From an uncultured Gemmataceae bacterium (GTDB taxonomy: Bacteria; Planctomycetota; Planctomycetia; Gemmatales; Gemmataceae): DNA of 64,000 nt. How positions within the stretch are numbered: the stretch's first letter is position 1; each line of letters opens with the position of its first letter. Of this stretch, positions 52,819-62,837 are shown in pieces. The position numbers and the translations under genes are program-made. Under the pieces are notes generated by a model. It was not told the DNA's origin. It saw only the letters and a program-made list of their open reading frames with translations, and made no database searches. The DNA is taken from contig CAVVPN010000011.1 in assembly GCA_963750165.1 (NCBI GenBank), positions 896,001-960,000 of the forward strand. Direction: 5' to 3'.

Positions 52819-54629
52819 TCATGGTTGGAAGAACGCGGCGCCGGCCTCCTCCACCGTCGGCACCACCAGAGCACGGTCCAGGAAGTCGTTGAACTGCTCG
52901 CAGCACGTCTCCGCGATCAACAGGCAGCCGTGGCAGGCCGCGCCCTGCAAGAAACGACGTTCGTGTTCGCTCTGGGGTTCGTGCTGGGCACAAACGGGGT
53001 CATTGGAGCACAGGCCGCCCAGATCCAGCGCCGTTCTCAGGTGCCGGTGAATCTGCTTCCCGGTCTCCACGAGTCCGCCCAGAGTGCCCTCGGCGTCCGG
53101 GGTGCCGGTATACAACAGGATACCGTAGCCCCCGTCGTTGGCGTACACCCGCTCGCGGATGGAACTGGCCGGGTAGCCGCACTCCAGCGACACCGCCGTG
53201 ATCAGCAGGTGCGACAGCGAATGCAGCAGCAGGTACGGCGCGTTCGGGAAGGTGCGCTTGCTCTGCGGGTGCTCGTGCAGCCACCCCTGGAAACCAGCCT
53301 CCAGGCGCTTGAGCCGTTCCCGCACCGCGGGCAGCTGCTCCCAGGCGTCGATGGCGTCCATGCGGAACTGCAGGAACACGCCCTCGCCCCGGTTTTCGAC
53401 CGCTGGGATCCAGCTGACCTCGCGGGCCAGCGACGCCATTTCGGCGCCCACCTGCAACTCGCCCTGCACGTCCGGGCCGTTCGGCTCGAAGCGCGTGAAG
53501 CCCACCTGGGCGACCACCTCGCGCAGCCGGTGGACCAGCACGACGCGCTCCACCTTGTCCATCCACGGCCTGTCCCAGACAACGTGCGGCAAGGCGCGGG
53601 CGTAGAACGTGCCGTCGGGGGCGTCGTGACCGACCTCTTCCTGGGCGGTCGTCAACACCTCCAGTTCGGCCTCCTTCACCGACTTGGCTGCCCCGGCGCC
53701 GCCGGGCGCCCGCCGCGCCAGGACCGCCCGCAGTACCTCGGCGTCGCTGAAGCCCTCCAGCATGTGCTTGACGGTCGCCTTCTTGCGCTCGTACCGCAGC
53801 TGCTCCAGGTCCTCGACGCACTCCAGGAACGACCACGCCTGGTTGACCGCCTTCTCCAGAGCCTCGCCGCGGTCGGGCAGCGAAATCACGCTCAGCACGC
53901 GCGGGAAGTAGGCGTTACTGGCGGAGCGCACCAGCAGGCGGTTCGGCTCGCCGCAGGGCTCGCGCGTCTCGGACAGGCCCAGCCACGGGCGGGCACCCTC
54001 GCAGTTGCCCAGCGCCTTCGCGCCAGGTTCGCCGCCTCGCCAATCGGCCGCCACGCCCCACACTCGCAGCGCACCTGAATTTCCGACAGGTCGCCCGTCG
54101 TGCCGCGTTCGTCAAACCACAGTTGCCGCGGGCAACCGGCCTGGCCGGTATGCACGAAGCCGCGCCAGTCGATGTCGCCGATGTGCCCCCGGCGACAGGC
54201 CCGCACGAACCGCACCGGCACCACGGGCCGACGGCGCTTGTTCACGTCGATGAACTCGCCGCGCGTCAGGAACTTGCGGTGGACCAGCAGCCGCGACCGC
54301 ACCAGTTCGTCGCGCCGGTCCCGCTCCACGTCCTGCGTAATGAACCACTCGGGGAACTGCCAGGCGGTGATGCCGGTGCGCGGCGCCCCGGGCAGCTCGC
54401 CGTCCGGCGGCGGCCCGAACAGTCGCAGGGTATCCACCTCCAGCACCCGCCGGGCCTTGTCCACCAGGCGCGGTTCGTGGATCTCATCGCCGACGCCTTC
54501 CCACTGATCCAGCCCGCCGATGATGACGGAGTGGTTCGGCAACTCCAGCAGCGCGCCGGGGCCGAACGTGGTGATGACCTGACTGCGGCGCACCTGGCCG
54601 TTGGGCCGGGCGTTGGGGCGACGGCTCAT
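52819..54629 (-). CDS. drmB: DISARM DUF1998 protein DrmB (frameshift near 54023)
   Basis: VRRSQVITTFGPGA start, LLHSLSHLLI, CSNDPVC, GAACHGC..ETCCE.FN.FLDR. Confidence 0.9.
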
Positions 54630-57600
54630 GTCTCGTCCTCCACGTCCATGTTGTCCAGAGTCTTGACCCAGAGGTTGACGGCCGGCTCCACGTCGCGCAT
54701 GGAGCGGTTGGCCCGGAACTTCAGATGGCGGGTGTGCAGGGTCTTCAACTCGGGGTGTAGGTACTCGTGGAGCAGCGGCTTGGCCGCACCGACCTCGCGC
54801 TGGTACTGCAGCGCCACCCCCAGCTTGTCGTACTCCGAGGCGATCAGACTCCAGGCGTCGAACAGGTCCTTGGCGTAGTCACTCACGCGCTTGCGGATGG
54901 CCTCCACGCTATCCGCGCTCAGATCCTTGTCGTGCTCCGCAGCCCGGCGGCTCAGCAAGTCCACGACGAAGTCCAACCGGGCGCGCTCCCGCAGAATTTC
55001 CATCGCCCCCTTCGGCGCCGTCATGGGCTGGTGCGCCTGGCGGGCCAATGCCACGAGGGTGCCTGCCAGGCCGCGGTCCAGCGCCCGCGGCGAGAACGGC
55101 GTCACGCTCGTGGCCTCCACGTTTCGGTAGAAGGTCTGGTGGTACGCGGCGAAGCGCTCGTAGTGGGAGCGGTCCCGCGGCCGGTTGAGGTTCAGGAGCG
55201 TGACCACCAGCCCCGGGCGGTCCGCGTCGCGGCCGACGCGGCTGGTCGCCTGGATGTACTCGGCGCACGCCTTGGGCTGGGAGAGCACGACCATCAGGCC
55301 CAGCCGGGTGATGTCCAGGCCGACGGAGATCATGTTCGTGGCGATGGCCACGTCCACCTGCCCCTTGTCGCCATACCGCAGCGCCAGGCGGCGCTTGGCG
55401 TCGGCAACCTGGTCGGTGCTCACCCGCGAGGTCAACTCGACCGGCTCGTAACTGATCGCGCGGTCGGCGAACAGGCCGGAATGCTCACCCACGCGCTTCC
55501 GCCTGCTGCGGTTCGTGATCTGGGTACTGACCTCATCCTCGATGATGCGCCGCGTGCCGCCCAGCTCGCGCAGGCTGTTGAAGTAGCCCAGCAGGGTCAT
55601 GTACGGGTCGGCCGGGTTGTCCTTGTTCTTCGCGGCGCCGGCTTCCTCATAGCACTTCTGGGCGGCGCCGAGCAGGGCCAGGTACACGCGCAGCAGGCCC
55701 ACCTTCGGGCTGCGGCCCTGGGCGGCGATGGCCACATACAGCCGGGCGTTGCTCTGTGCGGGCGTGTGCGTCTGGGCGAAGAAGGAGTCGCGGCGGTCCG
55801 GCCCCGGCGGCGGGAAAATGTCCACTTCCTTGCGGCTGAACAGTGCGCGGATTTGCTTCTCGGCACGCCGCACGGTGGCGGTCGAGGCGACGATTTTGGG
55901 CCGCACGGTGCGGCCGCCGATCTCCCGCGCACACAGCGCGTCCAGGGCCGTCTCGTACAGGCCGACCATCGTGCCCATCGGCCCGGAGATCAGGTGCAAC
56001 TCATCCTGGATCACCAGGTCGGGCGGCGGCAGCGGGGCGGGCAGCGGCGCCCCGACATTCAGTTCACAGGGGCCGAAGAAGCCGTCGCGGTTGTAGCGCT
56101 CCACGCGGCCGAAGAAGCCGCCGATCGGGCCGGTCCACGGCATCGCCGCGAACTTGTCCACCGTGGCGATCAGGAAGCACGGCAAGCGCCGGTAGATCGG
56201 CTCGTCCACGGCCAGGATCGGCAATGGGTTGCGGGCGCCGAACTCGCATTGGCGGTTGAGGCAAATCACCCGCAGGTTGAGCGGTTGGTCGGGGTTGGGC
56301 ACCAGCTGGAACGAGTTCGGCCGAAACGGCTCGCCGCACCAGGGACACAACTCCAGCGGGATCGGCGCGGCCTTCTGGTCGTTGTTCTTGTAAGCGATGG
56401 TCTTCGTCCGCGCCGAAAACTTGTTGCCGTCGTTCTTGGCGCCCATCTCGTTGGGGGTGGCCGCACGCCCGACCCACAGGCCGATCTCGAACGGCCAGTC
56501 GCCCAGCTTCGTCACGTCGCGCTGCCGTTCCAGTTCCAGGGCACAGATCAGCGCCGCGGCGCGGCTGAGCTGGTCCAGCGTCAGCAGCCGCAGGGTGTAA
56601 CGCATCAGCACGCTCAGGCCGGCGGAGGTGATGCCCGGGTTACGCAGGCGGCGCAGCACCAGCGTGAACGCCGCCAGCCCCAGGTACGCCTCGGTCTTAC
56701 CGCCGCCCGTCGGGAAGAACAGCAGGTCCACCACCTCGCGGTCGGCGTGCCCCGGATCCACGACGCCGCGCAGGTTCATCAGCAGGAACGCCAGCTGGAA
56801 CGGCCGCCATGTCGGCTTTTCCACCGCGACGGGTTCCTTGCCCAGCAGCTGGCCGGTGCGGCGGCGCTGGGTGACGGCGATCACCCCGTTGGCGATACGG
56901 AAGGCGTCCAGCACCTGGGGGTCGGCCAGCAGCGCGATGCCGGCCTCGATCCGGTCCGCGGCGACGCTGGCCCTGCGCAACAGCTCCTCCGCCGTCTCCC
57001 GGCGCTTCTTCGGCTGGTCGGGCACTGCTGCTTTCTGGGCGTCGATCCAGGCCCGGTACTGCGTGACCAGGGCCGCCAGTTCGGCGCGGGCCGCGGCGCC
57101 GTCGGACAGCTGGGCGAGCGCCTCCATGCCGAGTTCGACGCCCTGGATGGCGGCCGGGGCAACGCGCTCCACCTCGGCCCGCGGCACCCAGCAGGTGTGG
57201 ACCTCCCGGCATTTCCCCTCGGCGTCCAGGACGGCATGCGTCGAGACGCCGTGGCCCACGGCGTACTCGAAGGCGTCGCGGTATTGCAGGTCGGCGACGC
57301 GCTCGTCCCAGTCCTCCGCGGTGAGGCCGCGCACGTTCGGCCGCGGCACCAGCGGGGTGTCGCTGTGGACCTCCAGGGCGGCCTGAAAGCAAAACGCCGC
57401 GTCGCGCTCCGCGTCCGGGGCGGGCTTTCGCCGGTTGACCAGGAACACCGCCACCGAGCGCGTGCCCCTGGGAAGCGCCCCCTCGAACGGCCCGCCGCCC
57501 CGGGAGTCGCGCGCCACCAGGGCCAGCCGCAGGCCGTTGCTATTCGGCACCTCCTTCTCGACCAGCCCTTTGCCCGCCACCTTGAGGGTCATGGTTTCGG

Positions 57601-58024
57601 TCCGGTCCACGCGCTGCCAGTGGAACGTGGCGGGGCGGGGCGGGGAGGCGACCAGGCCGTCGGCACTGCCGAGCGGTTTGTAATCACCCCAGCGGACCAC
57701 CACGCGCAGTTCCTTCGTGTCGGCGGACGCCAGCAGGCTGAGGCCCAGCGAAGAGGGGAAGATGACGCGGCGGGCGTTGGCGGGTTCGGGGGTCACGGCG
57801 TCGTCGGTGCCGCCGGCCTCGTTCTGGATGTCCACGCCCTCGGTGGCGGTGTCGTCCGTCTTCTGGTCCTCAGGCGCGTCGGCGGGCACCAGGAAGCCGG
57901 TCAGATACCAGCGGGAGGGCGTCTGCGGCAGGGTTTCATTCAGCAGGTGCGCGTCGCCGTCCGGCCCGACCAGGTCGAGGTTGAGGGCGTGGATGAGCGC
58001 CTGGCGGACATCAACGGGGCGCAT
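54626..58024 (-). CDS. drmA: DISARM SF2 helicase DrmA
   Basis: PTGGGKTEAY, YTLRLLT, QDELH, ATNMISVGLDI, YIQATSRVGR. Confidence 0.93.
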   Translation of the reverse strand: MRPVDVRQALIHALNLDLVGPDGDAHLLNETLPQTPSRWYLTGFLVPADAPEDQKTDDTATEGVDIQNEAGGTDDAVTPEPANARRVIFPSSLGLSLLASADTKELRVVVRWGDYKPLGSADGLVASPPRPATFHWQRVDRTETMTLKVAGKGLVEKEVPNSNGLRLALVARDSRGGGPFEGALPRGTRSVAVFLVNRRKPAPDAERDAAFCFQAALEVHSDTPLVPRPNVRGLTAEDWDERVADLQYRDAFEYAVGHGVSTHAVLDAEGKCREVHTCWVPRAEVERVAPAAIQGVELGMEALAQLSDGAAARAELAALVTQYRAWIDAQKAAVPDQPKKRRETAEELLRRASVAADRIEAGIALLADPQVLDAFRIANGVIAVTQRRRTGQLLGKEPVAVEKPTWRPFQLAFLLMNLRGVVDPGHADREVVDLLFFPTGGGKTEAYLGLAAFTLVLRRLRNPGITSAGLSVLMRYTLRLLTLDQLSRAAALICALELERQRDVTKLGDWPFEIGLWVGRAATPNEMGAKNDGNKFSARTKTIAYKNNDQKAAPIPLELCPWCGEPFRPNSFQLVPNPDQPLNLRVICLNRQCEFGARNPLPILAVDEPIYRRLPCFLIATVDKFAAMPWTGPIGGFFGRVERYNRDGFFGPCELNVGAPLPAPLPPPDLVIQDELHLISGPMGTMVGLYETALDALCAREIGGRTVRPKIVASTATVRRAEKQIRALFSRKEVDIFPPPGPDRRDSFFAQTHTPAQSNARLYVAIAAQGRSPKVGLLRVYLALLGAAQKCYEEAGAAKNKDNPADPYMTLLGYFNSLRELGGTRRIIEDEVSTQITNRSRRKRVGEHSGLFADRAISYEPVELTSRVSTDQVADAKRRLALRYGDKGQVDVAIATNMISVGLDITRLGLMVVLSQPKACAEYIQATSRVGRDADRPGLVVTLLNLNRPRDRSHYERFAAYHQTFYRNVEATSVTPFSPRALDRGLAGTLVALARQAHQPMTAPKGAMEILRERARLDFVVDLLSRRAAEHDKDLSADSVEAIRKRVSDYAKDLFDAWSLIASEYDKLGVALQYQREVGAAKPLLHEYLHPELKTLHTRHLKFRANRSMRDVEPAVNLWVKTLDNMDVEDET

Positions 58025-58120
58025 GCGATCCCTTTCTTGTGTGGCGTTCGGCGTTGGCGTCTTCCTGGAAACGCTCTGGGTGGGGAAGTGCCCAGAGATT
58101 CCTTTCCCAACAGTTTTGTG

Positions 58121-58438
58121 TCAGATGTCGTCAGGACCGACCTGGTCCTGGGTGGCATGGCGAACGCGCAGGACGTTGACCGTCTGGTCATCAATGGTGA
58201 ACAGCACGCGATACACGTTGCGGCGCCGGCCGTAGAGCAATTGGCGCAGGTCCACGCCGAGGTCGTCCGCCTCGTCGGCCGCACCGTAACGGTTCGGGTC
58301 GGTTTCCAGGTTCTCGACGATGCGGAGCAGGCCGGATCGCCACCGAGCGGCCCGCGCTGCGCTGGTCCATGCTAACCACGTCATCGTGGCGGAAATGTCG
58401 GACCGGGCGCGAGGTCGAAAAACGACCTGGAAGGGCAT
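58121..58438 (-). CDS. RelE/ParE-family toxin
   Basis: VVFRPRARSDI...L..DP.RY...YRVLFTI....V.VLRVRHA. Confidence 0.85.
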   Translation of the reverse strand: MPFQVVFRPRARSDISATMTWLAWTSAARAARWRSGLLRIVENLETDPNRYGAADEADDLGVDLRQLLYGRRRNVYRVLFTIDDQTVNVLRVRHATQDQVGPDDI

Positions 58439-58441
58439 CGT

Positions 58442-58702
58442 TCACTCCCCCTGTTCAAGGGGAAGGTTGAATTCCGCCGCCAGTTCCTTCAAGAATTCCC
58501 GCGCCGGCGTCCCCCGCCCGGCCCGCACGTCCTCCAGCGCCTCACGCAGGATCGCCAGTTCCTGCTCGCGGTCGTAAGGCTCCGCCGGCGGCGCCAGGTC
58601 GTCGGGGTCTGCCAGTTCGACCCGGACCCGCGCCCCGTCGGGCAGCTGCACGCCGCCATCCAGGACAATCGCCCCATTCACCACCGTGCCTTCGAGTGTC
58701 AT
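58442..58702 (-). CDS. Putative antitoxin (DUF104/AF2212-like N-terminus, acidic C-terminus)
   Basis: MTLEGTVVNGAIVLD...LPDGARVRV; LREALEDVRAGRG; 3 nt upstream of the toxin. Confidence 0.75.
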   Translation of the reverse strand: MTLEGTVVNGAIVLDGGVQLPDGARVRVELADPDDLAPPAEPYDREQELAILREALEDVRAGRGTPAREFLKELAAEFNLPLEQGE

Positions 58703-58813
58703 CGTTCACCTCCCCAGGCTCAACCACCAGAATCGTAACAGGCCGCCGCGCGCCCGAACAGCCCAGGCGCTCGGCGCGACAGCGTCTCCGTGGTGGCCGG
58801 CTCGGGCGGGCGC

Positions 58814-61800
58814 TCAATACTCCAGTTCCGGCTGTTGCGGGTCGGCCGGCTTGGCGGCGCGGCCCTTGCGTGCCTTCTTCGGCGCGGGGGTTGCCGCGGC
58901 GTCAGACGGTTTCTGCCCGGACCGTTTGCGGTTCAGCTCCAGCAAGCGGGCCAGCACCTCATCGCGGAACGCATCAGGCCAGCGGTAGCGCCACGGCTTC
59001 TTGCGTGACCGGCCCTTGCCTTCGTTTTTCTCCTCCTCTTCTACGTAATCCAGGATGAAATCCCAGGTCGGTTGCAAATCCTGCCAACCGTAGGCGTCGA
59101 GCACGGCACGGTCCATCGCCGCGTGCAGTTCGCGCAGTCCCAGGATGTCCGCAGAGCGCTCGTGCGGGTCGTGGAAGCGGTTGTAGGTCTTCGTCAGGCC
59201 CTCGTTGTTCTTGACCATCAGGGCGGCGCGGAACTCGTAGTACGCTTTGCCGACCGCTTCTAATCGGCTGTGGGGCAAGTTTTCAACTTGCCCGGCCGGT
59301 TGGAAACCGGCCCCACATTCCAGTACCCCTTCGGGAAACGGGAATGTCTCGAAGCAGAGCGAGGGGGTATATTGAAGATCATCCTTGAGAGTACTTGACT
59401 GAAAGCGCACCCAAACTTCATGGACGCGAGACTGTAAGACGGCTAAATACTTCGATTTGTCGAATGGAACCACTACTATCTTGTCATTTAGAACTTGTCT
59501 GGCGGGAAGAAAAGTAAACGCAAAGGCATTCCCCACACGAGCGATCCCAAGGATGGTTTGCATCCCGCGGAGGATTGAACGTAATTCGCTGCGTTTCTCT
59601 GCGAACTGCCACCAGAATTTCCGATATGTAGCGCGATTGTCAGACAATCGCGCTGGTCTCACCATTTCTTCGACAATTCGCATAAGATCTGGCCATTGTC
59701 GAGCCTGATCTTCACTCATGTCCTCAAAATCGATTATGAAGCGATGAGCAGTGTGTGTTGGGTTATCGTTGACCTCTTCACCGCCGATGTACGGGAAAAT
59801 TCGCTCCGCGTTCCGCTTGTCCTTGGCGATCAATTCGTGCATGAGGCTGATGGGGCTTGCCACACCGTCCTTGTCAGTGTCGTCGAAGGTGAAACCCATG
59901 CCCAGCACAATGTTACCCTGAAAACTCTTGTTCGCGTTGGGGATCAAGGGCATCGGGTTTTCATGCCCGCCGGCGTGGAACAGATAGGCGGTGATGAGGA
60001 CCACGCTTTTGTCGTCAAGCAGAAACGGCCCTTTCAAGGGTCCTTTGAAAACGTGAATGACGCTGACGACAACTGCGGCCTCCCCCGGCCATTTCATGCG
60101 CCGTTTCGCCGCGTAGATGGTGCCGCCGTTGGTGCAAATCCAGCGCAACCCGGTGGCGCGGGTATCTCCCTGGGCAATGGTGTTGGTGGCGATCAATCCG
60201 AACGCCCCACCATCGCAAAGCAGGTTGAACGCGCGGCGGAAGAAGTGCGCCACCAGGTCGGCGTTGCCGTGCGACTTCTCGTGAACTGCTTTGAGCCAAT
60301 CGGGGTAGCGTTCGTGGTTGCCCTCGGCGACCGTGTTTTTCCCTGCGAAGGGCGGGTTGCCCACGATCACGTCAAAGCCGGGGTTGTCGCGGCTGAAGAC
60401 CTCCGGGAACTCGATCTCCCAGTGGAAGGGCTGCACGGGTTTCGGGCCGTGGAGCAGCGCCTGTTCCCGGTCAGCCGGTCGCAGGGACAGGTCGCCTTTG
60501 GCCAGGTACTCCGTGAGCGCCGCCAGCAAGGTGTCGCGATACGCTTTCCGCTGTTTGTCGGTGGTCCCGGCGAAGAACGCGGCCACGACCAGGTTGCCGG
60601 CAAAGCGGACCAGGTTCAGGCTATTATCAGCCGTTACCAAATCCTGGCTTTTCTGGATCGGCGACATGAAATCCCCGGCTCCCAGGATTCTCAATCGGGC
60701 GTCGAGCGCGGCCTTGATGCGGTCCTCAATGTGCTTCTGGCCGAATACCAGTTGCGGGTTCGGGTTCCAGTGAAAGTCGGCGATGCGGTCGCGGCTCAGG
60801 CCGACCAGCGAGTCGCCGGGCCGTAGGGCGTGGTCGAGGAAGGTAAACGGGTGGTCCTTCGCCAGCGTGACCAGCCAGAGCGACAGCTTGGCCAGGTCCA
60901 CCGCCATCGGGTTTTTGTCCACGCCGTACAGGCAGCGCTGGGCGACCATGCGCTGCGCGAACAATTCGGGCGTCTCATCGTCGGGCACCTTGGGCATGGC
61001 GCCGTGGTGTTCCCAGGCGGCCACGAGGGCGGCGCCCAGCTGGCGGCACGCCTCCACCAAAAACGCCCCGGAGCCCATCGCCGGGTCGCACACCTTCAGC
61101 CCCAGGATCTGCTGCGGCTTCGGCTTCGGACCCAACCGCTCCAGCACCGGCCGCAGGGCGGTCTGCACAATCGGCCCGGTGAGGCTGCGCGGCGTGTAGT
61201 GGGCGCCGGAGCGGCGCCGCTCGGCACTGGGTTGCAGGATCATCGCCTGGCCGGCCACGATGGCGGGCGTCAACTCCTTCGCCACCTTGCGGTCCAGGGC
61301 GGCCACCACGTCCTCGGGCGTCCGCGCCGCCTTCAGCGCCGCCAGGGCCGGACCCGTGACCGTCTGTTCCGTCTGCTCCTTGAGCCATTTCGCCCGCCGG
61401 TCCGCCGGCAGTGCGAGCAACGCCTCCAGGTTGATCGTCACGGGCGCGCCGTGCTTCTTGGTGGGCTTCACCGCGACCGAGCGCCCCGCGGACCGCTCCA
61501 GCCGGAAGCCCATCATGCGCTCGTATACCGAACCGATGTGCTCCACTTCCAGGTGGCGGTACGACAGGTGTTCGCCGTCCACGATCAGCAGGTTGTGCAG
61601 CACGCGGAAGACGACGCCGTCGGACACCAGCGGCGGCCGCAGGCGGGCGTCGTCGCGGCGGTGGCGGTGCGGCCGGCCTTCGAGGAAGGGGTAGCGGTCG
61701 GGGTCGAACAGGTAGCCGTGCCGCGCCGGCAGGACCAGCGTGCCGTGCCGGGCGCCGTCGTGGACGAGGCGGAACAGCGTGAGCAGCTGGGCCCAGGCGC

Positions 61801-62833
61801 CGTAGCGCTGGTCCATCGTGTCGGGGTAGCGGCCAGCGTCGGCGCGGAGGCGGTCGAACAGGCCGGTGAGGGCGTAGTGGTTGACGAACAGGCGGTCGGC
61901 GGGGAGCAGGCCGCGGTCCTCGGCGTAGAGCAGGAACACCAGCCGCATGAGCACGGTGAGCAGGCCGGCGTACACGGTGTCCGGCGCCGCGGCGAGCACG
62001 TCGCGCAGCAGGTCGCCGTGGGCCTGGTCGTCGGCCGCCTGGAAGCCGCGCAGCAGCTCATAGAGGGCGGCGAGCACCTGATCGGCGAGCTGGTCGGACA
62101 CGTCGTTCTGATAGGCGCGGCTCTTTTTGAGGATGTGCGGCAGGCGCTGGCTGTCGTCGAGTTGAAAGACGCGCTCCACGGACAGGAGCATGTGCAGGGC
62201 GGCGAAGATGGGCCGGCCGGCCACCTCGGTCATGGCCTGGACGGGGAAGGTGACGTGGCCGGTGGACTCCTGCCGCGGCGCGTACACCAGGCGCAGGTGC
62301 GTGCCGTTGACGAGCAGGCCGATGGGGACGCGCGTTTCGCGCAGCAGGCGCTCGAAGCGGGCTTGCGGCGACGCCTGCCAGTGATGAGCGGCCGCGGCCG
62401 CGGGGAACTTGTCGAGTTCGGTGCCGGTCGGCAACACCTGAATGAGCAGGATCAGGGGCTGCACGTCGGCCCCGGGGCGCGGCAGTTCGCGGGCGGCGTA
62501 GGTGGGGCGGAGGGTTTCCTGGTAGTCGGTCAGGACGACTTCGAGGGAAGCGGGCAGCGGTTCGGCGCCCGGCCCGCCGAGGAGGTCGCCCGGCTCCCAG
62601 CCGAAGACGTCGCAAAAGAGGCCGGGCAGGTCGGTGACGGCGGCGACAGGGTGGGCGTCGGGCGTGGGCCGCCCCTCCTGGACCCAGTTGAGGAAGCGCT
62701 GGTGTTCGGGCAGGATGTTGCGGTTGACGTACGCCTGCGCCTGGAGCAAGGCCGGGGCCGAGACGACCAGGCCGACCGGCTGCAGGTAGCCGAGCCATTC
62801 CTGGTGCGCCAACAATTCGGGATCTTTCGCCAT
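58814..62833 (-). CDS. drmMI: DISARM class I adenine methyltransferase DrmMI (type IIG-like architecture)
   Basis: GAHYTP, CDPAMGSGAFL (motif I), IVGNPPF (motif IV), C-terminal TRD; ATG at 62833. Confidence 0.88.
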   Translation of the reverse strand: MAKDPELLAHQEWLGYLQPVGLVVSAPALLQAQAYVNRNILPEHQRFLNWVQEGRPTPDAHPVAAVTDLPGLFCDVFGWEPGDLLGGPGAEPLPASLEVVLTDYQETLRPTYAARELPRPGADVQPLILLIQVLPTGTELDKFPAAAAAHHWQASPQARFERLLRETRVPIGLLVNGTHLRLVYAPRQESTGHVTFPVQAMTEVAGRPIFAALHMLLSVERVFQLDDSQRLPHILKKSRAYQNDVSDQLADQVLAALYELLRGFQAADDQAHGDLLRDVLAAAPDTVYAGLLTVLMRLVFLLYAEDRGLLPADRLFVNHYALTGLFDRLRADAGRYPDTMDQRYGAWAQLLTLFRLVHDGARHGTLVLPARHGYLFDPDRYPFLEGRPHRHRRDDARLRPPLVSDGVVFRVLHNLLIVDGEHLSYRHLEVEHIGSVYERMMGFRLERSAGRSVAVKPTKKHGAPVTINLEALLALPADRRAKWLKEQTEQTVTGPALAALKAARTPEDVVAALDRKVAKELTPAIVAGQAMILQPSAERRRSGAHYTPRSLTGPIVQTALRPVLERLGPKPKPQQILGLKVCDPAMGSGAFLVEACRQLGAALVAAWEHHGAMPKVPDDETPELFAQRMVAQRCLYGVDKNPMAVDLAKLSLWLVTLAKDHPFTFLDHALRPGDSLVGLSRDRIADFHWNPNPQLVFGQKHIEDRIKAALDARLRILGAGDFMSPIQKSQDLVTADNSLNLVRFAGNLVVAAFFAGTTDKQRKAYRDTLLAALTEYLAKGDLSLRPADREQALLHGPKPVQPFHWEIEFPEVFSRDNPGFDVIVGNPPFAGKNTVAEGNHERYPDWLKAVHEKSHGNADLVAHFFRRAFNLLCDGGAFGLIATNTIAQGDTRATGLRWICTNGGTIYAAKRRMKWPGEAAVVVSVIHVFKGPLKGPFLLDDKSVVLITAYLFHAGGHENPMPLIPNANKSFQGNIVLGMGFTFDDTDKDGVASPISLMHELIAKDKRNAERIFPYIGGEEVNDNPTHTAHRFIIDFEDMSEDQARQWPDLMRIVEEMVRPARLSDNRATYRKFWWQFAEKRSELRSILRGMQTILGIARVGNAFAFTFLPARQVLNDKIVVVPFDKSKYLAVLQSRVHEVWVRFQSSTLKDDLQYTPSLCFETFPFPEGVLECGAGFQPAGQVENLPHSRLEAVGKAYYEFRAALMVKNNEGLTKTYNRFHDPHERSADILGLRELHAAMDRAVLDAYGWQDLQPTWDFILDYVEEEEKNEGKGRSRKKPWRYRWPDAFRDEVLARLLELNRKRSGQKPSDAAATPAPKKARKGRAAKPADPQQPELEY
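59269..59317. repeat. REP-like palindromic doublet inside drmMI
   Basis: TGTGGGGCAAGTTTTCAACTTGCC-C-GGCCGGTTGGAAACCGGCCCCACA: two inverted hairpin units. Confidence 0.75.
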
Positions 62834-62837
62834 GACA

